From the NCBI RefSeq assembly GCF_009914755.1, contig NC_060943.1: a DNA stretch of 64,000 nucleotides; one strand, 5' to 3'. The notes beneath the pieces are model-generated. The model was not told the DNA's origin and did no database searches. It was given only the letters and a program-made list of their open reading frames with translations. Below are positions 21,261 through 33,928 of the stretch, piece after piece; positions within the stretch are counted from its first letter, which is position 1, and the number at the start of each line of letters is the position of its first letter. Origin of the DNA: the human T2T-CHM13v2.0 reference genome, Homo sapiens. The translations under genes and the position numbers were made by a program.

Positions 21261-23760
21261 TCCCTCTCTCCCTTCTCGCTCTTTCCGTGGCCCTCTCTTT
21301 CTGTCTCTGTCCGTCTGTGTGTGCGTGCGCCTCGGGACACATGTGCCCTGTGCGCCGGAGGGTGGGTTTCTTGCACGTCGGCCTTTCTTCTGGTCAGCCT
21401 CTCCCCGCGTCTCTGTCTGGGTCGTGTGGCCGGTTGGCAGTCGTCGTCCCGGCGGTTCCAGTTTGGGGGTCTGTGAAGGCCTGGGCAACGTGGGCATCGG
21501 CGTCGGACCCGCAGGGGTTTTCATCCCCTCCCCATCCGGAGCAGCCTCTTTGCTAGGCTGGATCCAGACGAGCGCTCCCCAACCAAGGACAACGGCCTCC
21601 CAGGCGCTCATCGTCCACCCGCAGGAGGGTGCCCGCAGAGCTTCAAGAAGGTGGTTGTCACGCCTGTCGCCCTCTGCCCTCATCGAGAAATGTAGCCACA
21701 GCTCGACGCAGGGACGGAGAAGGAAGCCGGCAAGGGGATGGGGCAAGCATGTCTGTCTCTCAAAGGCTGGCCTTCCTGGCCGAGTCACCCGTTTGACACT
21801 CCTCCCCGGATGCCGGTGGTGGTGGCATGGCCCCCCCGTATCCTGCCTGGGCTCTGGCCTCTGCTCTGACCTCCCTCTTGCTGTGTCTGCCCCGTCTCTG
21901 AGAAGCCTGGCGGCTTCTTAGTGTGGCTCAGTGTCTTCCACAAAGAAGACTTCCCCGTCCATCAGGGAGAAACCTCGTGGCGGTCCGCGTCATGATTGTT
22001 TCCCTCTCCACACCTCTTTCTGGATGATTGGGCAGCTGTGGTGATCCTGGAGCTCTGGGCTTCCATACCTGTGTGGGACAGGGAAGCTCTCTCGGTCTCC
22101 ATGGCCCAAGTGATGGCTGCACGCTCGGTCCAGGAAGAGGCGGAGGCAAGCCCACCGCTCCTGACATTGGCCTTCTAGGAAAGGCGGTGTTGCATCCCAC
22201 CTGCACTTCCTCTCTGATTCTTGAGGGCCAACCGCTTCCTCCGCTCCTGGGGAAAGTGCCTTCTAGCACCGAATCTTTTGGCTGCCACGGATGTCAGGGA
22301 GCCAACGGGACTGGGTTTTGGCTGGGTGCAGGGGAGGTTGCGTCAGGGGTACCTAGCCGGCGGCGGGCTGGGGGTGGGGTGTACTTTGTCCAAACCTCTC
22401 GGCTCCTCTGGCGGGCCTCCCTGAACGTGGCGTGGACTCGCGCACAGGCCCTGTCTCGCAGGTTTTCAGGTGCGCTTGGCTTTTCCTCCGCTTTGTGGGG
22501 CAGGTCTCCAGTGGCCCCCCGGGCGCACGCCTGGACATCACTGTCCGTCTCGTCGTCGCCCCCTACGGCCTCAAAGACACACGCTGCCTGCATGTGCTCT
22601 TGGGGGACGACAGTGCCACATGTGGACACGCTGGCTCCAGCTCGGACTCGCCTCTGTCTCTCTTTGCCCGTGTCGCCGGAAGCCGCCTCGGGTTGCCGGA
22701 GCCCTCGGGCCTTGGAGATGAAGGCAGGCCCCTGCTCCTGCCAGGAAGGAGGGAGGCAGTGGGCTCATGGGTCGGTGCCTTTGCAGCCGACAGCACGCCT
22801 TGCGGCCCTGGGGATCTTCCTGTGCCCCGGCGAGACCCTTTCCGCCTCACTGCATTGGAACCCCATTCCCGATCACCCGCTGGGATCCATCATCGGACCC
22901 CAAGAGGAGTCCGCGCAGCCCAGCCGGCACCCCGAAGCTCCTCCTTCAGTGGGAACCGAAGCAGAAGAGCGATCAAGGAGGTCCTCACCACAGGACTCCT
23001 ATGGGTCCGACCCTGGGTCTCCCGCAGGCCCCTCTGGCAGTCCTCTTCCCACCCGCCGCCTCGGGCTGCGCCTTCGCCGCCGCCGCCGCAACCTCCAGCA
23101 CCGCCGCCCCAGGCCCCGCAGCCGCCGCGTCGCCGCCATTTTTTAAAGGGTCCGCAGCCTGACTCTGCGGAGTAAGGGGGGGTGGAGCGGGGGAGTCGGC
23201 CTCGCCAGCGCGCATGCGCGAGGCCCGAGCCGCCGCTTGGGTCACAGTGAAAGCCACCGTTGCCCGGGGATGGGTCCCTGACACTTGGGGAAGTAGGAGC
23301 CCTGTGTGATCGTGCGTCTGAGTCTGGGCTGAGACCAGTCCTGGCCAGGGCAGTTACCAGGACGGTCTCCGGAGGCCGGGATTCGCGGAGGGTCCAGCAG
23401 CAGGAAGAAACCCCAGGAGGAAGAAACCTCAGACAGATCGCCGGCGAGGCAGCGCGGGATCCCAGCCTCAGGCGTGCGCGGACGGTGTGCGGGTGAGTCT
23501 CCCCAAAAGTGGAGCCCTTGTGATGACGAGCACAGGTCCGCCTGCGTGCCCGTGGGCTGCTCTCTCACCGGTGGCTCTCAGTCGCGGAGAGCAGAACCCG
23601 GCAGCTTCAGGGGCTGCCTGCGGGAGGGTGTTCCCTGCTGTACGTGTGTGTTCGTCATGGGTGTGTGTGTGTGTGTGTTGGGGGGGGTGCGTCTGTGTGT
23701 GTGTCTGTGTGTGTGCGCGCGCAGTGCCTGTCTGTGTGCCGACTTCTGTCTCTCTCTCAC

Positions 23761-23803
<43 letters not shown>

Positions 23804-26293
23804 CCTTCTCGCTCTTTCCGTGGCCCTCTCTTTCTGTCTCTGTCCGTCTGTGTGTGCGTGCGCCTCGGGACACATGTGCCCTGTGCGCCGGAGGGTGGGT
23901 TTCTTGCACGTCGGCCTTTCTTCTGGTCAGCCTCTCCCCGCGTCTCTGCCTGGGTCGTGTGGCCGGTTGGCAGTCGTCGTCCCGGCGGTTCCAGTTTGGG
24001 GGTCTGTGAAGGCCTGGGCAACGTGGGCATCGGCGTCGGACCCGCAGGGGTTTTCATCCCCTCCCCATCCGGAGCAGCCTCTTTGCTAGGCTGGATCCAG
24101 ACGAGCGCTCCCCAACCAAGGACAACGGCCTCCCAGGCGCTCATCGTCCACCCGCAGGAGGGTGCCCGCAGAGCTTCAAGAAGGTGGTTGTCACGCCTGT
24201 CGCCCTCTGCCCTCATCGAGAAATGTAGCCACAGCTCGACGCAGGGACGGAGAAGGAAGCCGGCAAGGGGATGGGGCAAGCATGTCTGTCTCTCAAAGGC
24301 TGGCCTTCCTGGCCGAGTCACCCGTTTGACACTCCTCCCCGGATGCCGGTGGTGGTGGCATGGCCCCCCCGTATCCTGCCTGGGCTCTGGCCTCTGCTCT
24401 GACCTCCCTCTTGCTGTGTCTGCCCCGCCTCTGAGAAGCCTGGCGGCTTCTTAGTGTGGCTCAGTGTCTTCCACAAAGAAGACTTCCCCGTCCATCAGGG
24501 AGAAACCTCGTGGCGGTCCGCGTCATGATTGTTTCCCTCTCCACACCTCTTTCTGGATGATTGGGCAGCTGTGGTGATCCTGGAGCTCTGGGCTTCCATA
24601 CCTGTGTGGGACAGGGAAGCTCTCTGGGTCTCCATGGCCCAAGTGATGGCTGCACGCTCGGTCCAGGAAGAGGCGGAGGCAAGCCCACCGCTCCTGACAT
24701 TGGCCTTCTAGGAAAGGCGGTGTTGCATCCCACCTGCACTTCCTCTCTGATTCTTGAGGGCCAACCGCTTCCTCCGCTCCTGGGGAAAGTGCCTTCTAGC
24801 ACCGAATCTTTTGGCTGCCACGGATGTCAGGGAGCCAACGGGACTGGGTTTTGGCTGGGTGCAGGGGAGGTTGCGTCAGGGGTACCTAGCCGGCGGCGGG
24901 CTGGGGGTGGGGTGTACTTTGTCCAAACCTCTCGGCTCCTCTGGCGGGCCTCCCTGAACGTGGCGTGGACTCGCGCACAGGCCCTGTCTCGCAGGTTTTC
25001 AGGTGCGCTTGGCTTTTCCTCCGCTTTGTGGGGCAGGTCTCCAGTGGCCCCCCGGGCGCACGCCTGGACATCACTGTCCGTCTCGTCGTCGCCCCCTACG
25101 GCCTCAAAGACACACGCTGCCTGCATGTGCTCTTGGGGGACGACAGTGCCACATGTGGACACACTGGCTCCAGCTCGGACTCGCCTCTGTCTCTCTTTGC
25201 CCGTGTCGCCGGAAGCCGCCTCGGGTTGCCGGAGCCCTCGGGCCTTGGAGATGAAGGCAGGCCCCTGCTCCTGCCAGGAAGGAGGGAGGCAGTGGGCTCA
25301 TGGGTCGGTGCCTTTGCAGCCGACAGCACGCCTTGCGGCCCTGGGGATCTTCCTGTGCCCCGGCGAGACCCTTTCCGCCTCACTGCATTGGAACCCCATT
25401 CCCGATCACCCGCTGGGATCCATCATCGGACCCCAAGAGGAGTCCGCGCAGCCCAGCCGGCACCCCGAAGCTCCTCCTTCAGTGGGAACCGAAGCAGAAG
25501 AGCGATCAAGGAGGTCCTCACCACAGGACTCCTATGGGTCCGACCCTGGGTCTCCCGCAGGCCCCTCTGGCAGTCCTCTTCCCACCCGCCGCCTCGGGCT
25601 GCGCCTTCGCCGCCGCCGCCGCAACCTCCAGCACCGCCGCCCCAGGCCCCGCAGCCGCCGCGTCGCCGCCATTTTTTAAAGGGTCCGCAGCCTGACTCTG
25701 CGGAGTAAGGGGGGGTGGAGCGGGGGAGTCGGCCTCGCCAGCGCGCATGCGCGAGGCCCGAGCCGCCGCTTGGGTCACAGTGAAAGCCACCGTTGCCCGG
25801 GGATGGGTCCCTGACACTTGGGGAAGTAGGAGCCCTGTGTGATCGTGCGTCTGAGTCTGGGCTGAGACCAGTCCTGGCCAGGGCAGTTACCAGGACGGTC
25901 TCCGGAGGCCGGGATTCGCGGAGGGTCCAGCAGCAGGAAGAAACCCCAGGAGGAAGAAACCTCAGACAGATCGCCGGCGAGGCAGCGCGGGATCCCAGCC
26001 TCAGGCGTGCGCGGACGGTGTGCGGGTGAGTCTCCCCAAAAGTGGAGCCCTTGTGATGACGAGCACAGGTCCGCCTGCGTGCCCGTGGGCTGCTCTCTCA
26101 CCGGTGGCTCTCAGTCGCGGAGAGCAGAACCCGGCAGCTTCAGGGGCTGCCTGCGGGAGGGTGTTCCCTGCTGTACGTGTGTGTTCGTCATGGGTGTGTG
26201 TGTGTGTGTGTTGGGGGGGGTGCGTCTGTGTGTGTGTCTGTGTGTGTGCGCGCGCAGTGCCTGTCTGTGTGCCGACTTCTGTCTCTCTCTCAC

Positions 26294-26332
<39 letters not shown>

Positions 26333-28820
26333 CCTTCTCGCTCTTTCCGTGGCCCTCTCTTTCTGTCTCTGTCCGTCTGTGTGTGCGTGCGCCTCGGGAC
26401 ACATGTGCCCTGTGCGCCGGAGGGTGGGTTTCTTGCACGTCGGCCTTTCTTCTGGTCAGCCTCTCCCCGCGTCTCTGCCTGGGTCGTGTGGCCAGTTGGC
26501 AGTCGTCGTCCCGGCGGTTCCAGTTTGGGGGTCTGTGAAGGCCTGGGCAACGTGGGCATCGGCGTCGGACCCGCAGGGGTTTTCATCCCCTCCCCATCCG
26601 GAGCAGCCTCTTTGCTAGGCTGGATCCAGACGAGCGCTCCCCAACCAAGGACAACGGCCTCCCAGGCGCTCATCGTCCACCCGCAGGAGGGTGCCCGCAG
26701 AGCTTCAAGAAGGTGGTTGTCACGCCTGTCGCCCTCTGCCCTCATCGAGAAATGTAGCCACAGCTCGACGCAGGGACGGAGAAGGAAGCCGGCAAGGGGA
26801 TGGGGCAAGCATGTCTGTCTCTCAAAGGCTGGCCTTCCTGGCCGAGTCACCCGTTTGACACTCCTCCCCGGATGCCGGTGGTGGTGGCATGGCCCCCCCG
26901 TATCCTGCCTGGGCTCTGGCCTCTGCTCTGACCTCCCTCTTGCTGTGTCTGCCCCGTCTCTGAGAAGCCTGGCGGCTTCTTAGTGTGGCTCAGTGTCTTC
27001 CACAAAGAAGACTTCCCCGTCCATCAGGGAGAAACCTCGTGGCGGTCCGCGTCATGATTGTTTCCCTCTCCACACCTCTTTCTGGATGATTGGGCAGCTG
27101 TGGTGATCCTGGAGCTCTGGGCTTCCATACCTGTGTGGGACAGGGAAGCTCTCTCGGTCTCCATGGCCCAAGTGATGGCTGCACGCTCGGTCCAGGAAGA
27201 GGCGGAGGCAAGCCCACCGCTCCTGACATTGGCCTTCTAGGAAAGGCGGTGTTGCATCCCACCTGCACTTCCTCTCTGATTCTTGAGGGCCAACCGCTTC
27301 CTCCGCTCCTGGGGAAAGTGCCTTCTAGCACCGAATCTTTTGGCTGCCACGGATGTCAGGGAGCCAACGGGACTGGGTTTTGGCTGGGTGCAGGGGAGGT
27401 TGCGTCAGGGGTACCTAGCCGGCGGCGGGCTGGGGGTGGGGTGTACTTTGTCCAAACCTCTCGGCTCCTCTGGCGGGCCTCCCTGAACGTGGCGTGGACT
27501 CGCGCACAGGCCCTGTCTCGCAGGTTTTCAGGTGCGCTTGGCTTTTCCTCCGCTTTGTGGGGCAGGTCTCCAGTGGCCCCCCGGGCGCACGCCTGGACAT
27601 CACTGTCCGTCTCGTCGTCGCCCCCTACGGCCTCAAAGACACACGCTGCCTGCATGTGCTCTTGGGGGACGACAGTGCCACATGTGGACACACTGGCTCC
27701 AGCTCGGACTCGCCTCTGTCTCTCTTTGCCCGTGTCGCCGGAAGCCGCCTCGGGTTGCCGGAGCCCTCGGGCCTTGGAGATGAAGGCAGGCCCCTGCTCC
27801 TGCCAGGAAGGAGGGAGGCAGTGGGCTCATGGGTCGGTGCCTTTGCAGCCGACAGCACGCCTTGCGGCCCTGGGGATCTTCCTGTGCCCCGGCGAGACCC
27901 TTTCCGCCTCACTGCATTGGAACCCCATTCCCGATCACCCGCTGGGATCCATCATCGGACCCCAAGAGGAGTCCGCGCAGCCCAGCCGGCACCCCGAAGC
28001 TCCTCCTTCAGTGGGAACCGAAGCAGAAGAGCGATCAAGGAGGTCCTCACCACAGGACTCATGGGTCCGACCATGGGTCTCCCGCAGGCCCCTCTGGCAG
28101 TCCTCTTCCCACCCGCCGCCTCGGGCTGCGCCTTCGCCGCCGCCGCCGCAACCTCCAGCACCGCCGCCCCAGGCCCCGCAGCCGCCGCGTCGCCGCCATT
28201 TTTTAAAGGGTCCGCAGCCTGACTCTGCGGAGTAAGGGGGGGTGGAGCGGGGGAGTCGGCCTCGCCAGCGCGCATGCGCGAGGCCCGAGCCGCCGCTTGG
28301 GTCACAGTGAAAGCCACCGTTGCCCGGGGATGGGTCCCTGACACTTGGGGAAGTAGGAGCCCTGTGTGATCGTGCGTCTGAGTCTGGGCTGAGACCAGTC
28401 CTGGCCAGGGCAGTTACCAGGACGGTCTCCGGAGGCCGGGATTCGCGGAGGGTCCAGCAGCAGGAAGAAACCCCAGGAGGAAGAAACCTCAGACAGATCG
28501 CCGGCGAGGCAGCGCGGGATCCCAGCCTCAGGCGTGCGCGGACGGTGTGCGGGTGAGTCTCCCCAAAAGTGGAGCCCTTGTGATGACGAGCACAGGTCCG
28601 CCTGCGTGCCCGTGGGCTGCTCTCTCACCGGTGGCTCTCAGTCGCGGAGAGCAGAACCCGGCAGCTTCAGGGGCTGCCTGCGGGAGGGTGTTCCCTGCTG
28701 TACGTGTGTGTTCGTCATGGGTGTGTGTGTGTGTGTGTTGGGGGGGGTGCGTCTGTGTGTGTGTCTGTGTGTGTGCGCGCGCAGTGCCTGTCTGTGTGCC
28801 GACTTCTGTCTCTCTCTCAC

Positions 28821-28873
<53 letters not shown>

Positions 28874-31363
28874 CCTTCTCGCTCTTTCCGTGGCCCTCTC
28901 TTTCTGTCTCTGTCCGTCTGTGTGTGCGTGCGCCTCGGGACACATGTGCCCTGTGCGCCGGAGGGTGGGTTTCTTGCACGTCGGCCTTTCTTCTGGTCAG
29001 CCTCTCCCCGCGTCTCTGCCTGGGTCGTGTGGCCGGTTGGCAGTCGTCGTCCCGGCGGTTCCAGTTTGGGGGTCTGTGAAGGCCTGGGCAACGTGGGCAT
29101 CGGCGTCGGACCCGCAGGGGTTTTCATCCCCTCCCCATCCGGAGCAGCCTCTTTGCTAGGCTGGATCCAGACGAGCGCTCCCCAACCAAGGACAACGGCC
29201 TCCCAGGCGCTCATCGTCCACCCGCAGGAGGGTGCCCGCAGAGCTTCAAGAAGGTGGTTGTCACGCCTGTCGCCCTCTGCCCTCATCGAGAAATGTAGCC
29301 ACAGCTCGACGCAGGGACGGAGAAGGAAGCCGGCAAGGGGATGGGGCAAGCATGTCTGTCTCTCAAAGGCTGGCCTTCCTGGCCGAGTCACCCGTTTGAC
29401 ACTCCTCCCCGGATGCCGGTGGTGGTGGCATGGCCCCCCCGTATCCTGCCTGGGCTCTGGCCTCTGCTCTGACCTCCCTCTTGCTGTGTCTGCCCCGTCT
29501 CTGAGAAGCCTGGCGGCTTCTTAGTGTGGCTCAGTGTCTTCCACAAAGAAGACTTCCCCGTCCATCAGGGAGAAACCTCGTGGCGGTCCGCGTCATGATT
29601 GTTTCCCTCTCCACACCTCTTTCTGGATGATTGGGCAGCTGTGGTGATCCTGGAGCTCTGGGCTTCCATACCTGTGTGGGACAGGGAAGCTCTCTCGGTC
29701 TCCATGGCCCAAGTGATGGCTGCACGCTCGGTCCAGGAAGAGGCGGAGGCAAGCCCACCGCTCCTGACATTGGCCTTCTAGGAAAGGCGGTGTTGCATCC
29801 CACCTGCACTTCCTCTCTGATTCTTGAGGGCCAACCGCTTCCTCCGCTCCTGGGGAAAGTGCCTTCTAGCACCGAATCTTTTGGCTGCCACGGATGTCAG
29901 GGAGCCAACGGGACTGGGTTTTGGCTGGGTGCAGGGGAGGTTGCGTCAGGGGTACCTAGCCGGCGGCGGGCTGGGGGTGGGGTGTACTTTGTCCAAACCT
30001 CTCGGCTCCTCTGGCGGGCCTCCCTGAACGTGGCGTGGACTCGCGCACAGGCCCTGTCTCGCAGGTTTTCAGGTGCGCTTGGCTTTTCCTCCGCTTTGTG
30101 GGGCAGGTCTCCAGTGGCCCCCCGGGCGCACGCCTGGACATCACTGTCCGTCTCGTCGTCGCCCCCTACGGCCTCAAAGACACACGCTGCCTGCATGTGC
30201 TCTTGGGGGACGACAGTGCCACATGTGGACACACTGGCTCCAGCTCGGACTCGCCTCTGTCTCTCTTTGCCCGTGTCGCCGGAAGCCGCCTCGGGTTGCC
30301 GGAGCCCTCGGGCCTTGGAGATGAAGGCAGGCCCCTGCTCCTGCCAGGAAGGAGGGAGGCAGTGGGCTCATGGGTCGGTGCCTTTGCAGCCGACAGCACG
30401 CCTTGCGGCCCTGGGGATCTTCCTGTGCCCCGGCGAGACCCTTTCCGCCTCACTGCATTGGAACCCCATTCCCGATCACCCGCTGGGATCCATCATCGGA
30501 CCCCAAGAGGAGTCCGCGCAGCCCAGCCGGCACCCCGAAGCTCCTCCTTCAGTGGGAACCGAAGCAGAAGAGCGATCAAGGAGGTCCTCACCACAGGACT
30601 CCTATGGGTCCGACCCTGGGTCTCCCGCAGGCCCCTCTGGCAGTCCTCTTCCCACCCGCCGCCTCGGGCTGCGCCTTCGCCGCCGCCGCCGCAACCTCCA
30701 GCACCGCCGCCCCAGGCCCCGCAGCCGCCGCGTCGCCGCCATTTTTTAAAGGGTCCGCAGCCTGACTCTGCGGAGTAAGGGGGGGTGGAGCGGGGGAGTC
30801 GGCCTCGCCAGCGCGCATGCGCGAGGCCCGAGCCGCCGCTTGGGTCACAGTGAAAGCCACCGTTGCCCGGGGATGGGTCCCTGACACTTGGGGAAGTAGG
30901 AGCCCTGTGTGATCGTGCGTCTGAGTCTGGGCTGAGACCAGTCCTGGCCAGGGCAGTTACCAGGACGGTCTCCGGAGGCCGGGATTCGCGGAGGGTCCAG
31001 CAGCAGGAAGAAACCCCAGGAGGAAGAAACCTCAGACAGATCGCCGGCGAGGCAGCGCGGGATCCCAGCCTCAGGCGTGCGCGGACGGTGTGCGGGTGAG
31101 TCTCCCCAAAAGTGGAGCCCTTGTGATGACGAGCACAGGTCCGCCTGCGTGCCCGTGGGCTGCTCTCTCACCGGTGGCTCTCAGTCGCGGAGAGCAGAAC
31201 CCGGCAGCTTCAGGGGCTGCCTGCGGGAGGGTGTTCCCTGCTGTACGTGTGTGTTCGTCATGGGTGTGTGTGTGTGTGTGTTGGGGGGGGTGCGTCTGTG
31301 TGTGTGTCTGTGTGTGTGCGCGCGCAGTGCCTGTCTGTGTGCCGACTTCTGTCTCTCTCTCAC

Positions 31364-31400
<37 letters not shown>

Positions 31401-33887
31401 CCTTCTCGCTCTTTCCGTGGCCCTCTCTTTCTGTCTCTGTCCGTCTGTGTGTGCGTGCGCCTCGGGACACATGTGCCCTGTGCGCCGGAGGGTGGGTTTC
31501 TTGCACGTCGGCCTTTCTTCTGGTCAGCCTCTCCCCGCGTCTCTGCCTGGGTCGTGTGGCCGGTTGGCAGTCGTCGTCCCGGCGGTTCCAGTTTGGGGGT
31601 CTGTGAAGGCCTGGGCAACGTGGGCATCGGCGTCGGACCCGCAGGGGTTTTCATCCCCTCCCCATCCGGAGCAGCCTCTTTGCTAGGCTGGATCCAGACG
31701 AGCGCTCCCCAACCAAGGACAACGGCCTCCCAGGCGCTCATCGTCCACCCGCAGGAGGGTGCCCGCAGAGCTTCAAGAAGGTGGTTGTCACGCCTGTCGC
31801 CCTCTGCCCTCATCGAGAAATGTAGCCACAGCTCGACGCAGGGACGGAGAAGGAAGCCGGCAAGGGGATGGGGCAAGCATGTCTGTCTCTCAAAGGCTGG
31901 CCTTCCTGGCCGAGTCACCCGTTTGACACTCCTCCCCGGATGCCGGTGGTGGTGGCATGGCCCCCCCGTATCCTGCCTGGGCTCTGGCCTCTGCTCTGAC
32001 CTCCCTCTTGCTGTGTCTGCCCCGCCTCTGAGAAGCCTGGCGGCTTCTTAGTGTGGCTCAGTGTCTTCCACAAAGAAGACTTCCCCGTCCATCAGGGAGA
32101 AACCTCGTGGCGGTCCGCGTCATGATTGTTTCCCTCTCCACACCTCTTTCTGGATGATTGGGCAGCTGTGGTGATCCTGGAGCTCTGGGCTTCCATACCT
32201 GTGTGGGACAGGGAAGCTCTCTCGGTCTCCATGGCCCAAGTGATGGCTGCACGCTCGGTCCAGGAAGAGGCGGAGGCAAGCCCACCGCTCCTGACATTGG
32301 CCTTCTAGGAAAGGCGGTGTTGCATCCCACATGCACTTCCTCTCTGATTCTTGAGGGCCAACCGCTTCCTCCGCTCCTGGGGAAAGTGCCTTCTAGCACC
32401 GAATCTTTTGGCTGCCACGGATGTCAGGGAGCCAACGGGACTGGGTTTTGGCTGGGTGCAGGGGAGGTTGCGTCAGGGGTACCTAGCCGGCGGCGGGCTG
32501 GGGGTGGGGTGTACTTTGTCCAAACCTCTCGGCTCCTCTGGCGGGCCTCCCTGAACGTGGCGTGGACTCGCGCACAGGCCCTGTCTCGCAGGTTTTCAGG
32601 TGCGCTTGGCTTTTCCTCCGCTTTGTGGGGCAGGTCTCCAGTGGCCCCCCGGGCGCACGCCTGGACATCACTGTCCGTCTCGTCGTCGCCCCCTACGGCC
32701 TCAAAGACACACGCTGCCTGCATGTGCTCTTGGGGGACGACAGTGCCACATGTGGACACACTGGCTCCAGCTCGGACTCGCCTCTGTCTCTCTTTGCCCG
32801 TGTCGCCGGAAGCCGCCTCGGGTTGCCGGAGCCCTCGGGCCTTGGAGATGAAGGCAGGCCCCTGCTCCTGCCAGGAAGGAGGGAGGCAGTGGGCTCATGG
32901 GTCGGTGCCTTTGCAGCCGACAGCACGCCTTGCGGCCCTGGGGATCTTCCTGTGCCCCGGCGAGACCCTTTCCGCCTCACTGCATTGGAACCCCATTCCC
33001 GATCACCCGCTGGGATCCATCATCGGACCCCAAGAGGAGTCCGCGCAGCCCAGCCGGCACCCCGAAGCTCCTCCTTCAGTGGGAACCGAAGCAGAAGAGC
33101 GATCAAGGAGGTCCTCACCACAGGACTCATGGGTCCGACCCTGGGTCTCCCGCAGGCCCCTCTGGCAGTCCTCTCCCCACCCGCCGCCTCGGGCTGCGCC
33201 TTCGCCGCCGCCGCCGCAACCTCCAGCACCGCCGCCCCAGGCCCCGCAGCCGCCGCGTCGCCGCCATTTTTTAAAGGGTCCGCAGCCTGACTCTGCGGAG
33301 TAAGGGGGGGTGGAGCGGGGGAGTCGGCCTCGCCAGCGCGCATGCGCGAGGCCCGAGCCGCCGCTTGGGTCACAGTGAAAGCCACCGTTGCCCGGGGATG
33401 GGTCCCTGACACTTGGGGAAGTAGGAGCCCTGTGTGATCGTACGTCTGAGTCTGGGCTGAGACCAGTCCTGGCCAGGGCAGTTACCAGGACGGTCTCCGG
33501 AGGCCGGGATTCGCGGAGGGTCCAGCAGCAGGAAGAAACCCCAGGAGGAAGAAACCTCAGACAGATCGCCGGCGAGGCAGCGCGGGATCCCAGCCTCAGG
33601 CGTGCGCGGACGGTGTGCGGGTGAGTCTCCCCAAAAGTGGAGCCCTTGTGATGACGAGCACAGGTCCGCCTGCGTGCCCGTGGGCTGCTCTCTCACCGGT
33701 GGCTCTCAGTCGCGGAGAGCAGAACCCGGCAGCTTCAGGGGCTGCCTGCGGGAGGGTGTTCCCTGCTGTACGTGTGTGTTCGTCATGGGTGTGTGTGTGT
33801 GTGTGTTGGGGGGGTGCGTCTGTGTGTGTGTCTGTGTGTGTGCGCGCGCAGTGCCTGTCTGTGTGCCGACTTCTGTCTCTCTCTCAC

Positions 33888-33928
<41 letters not shown>

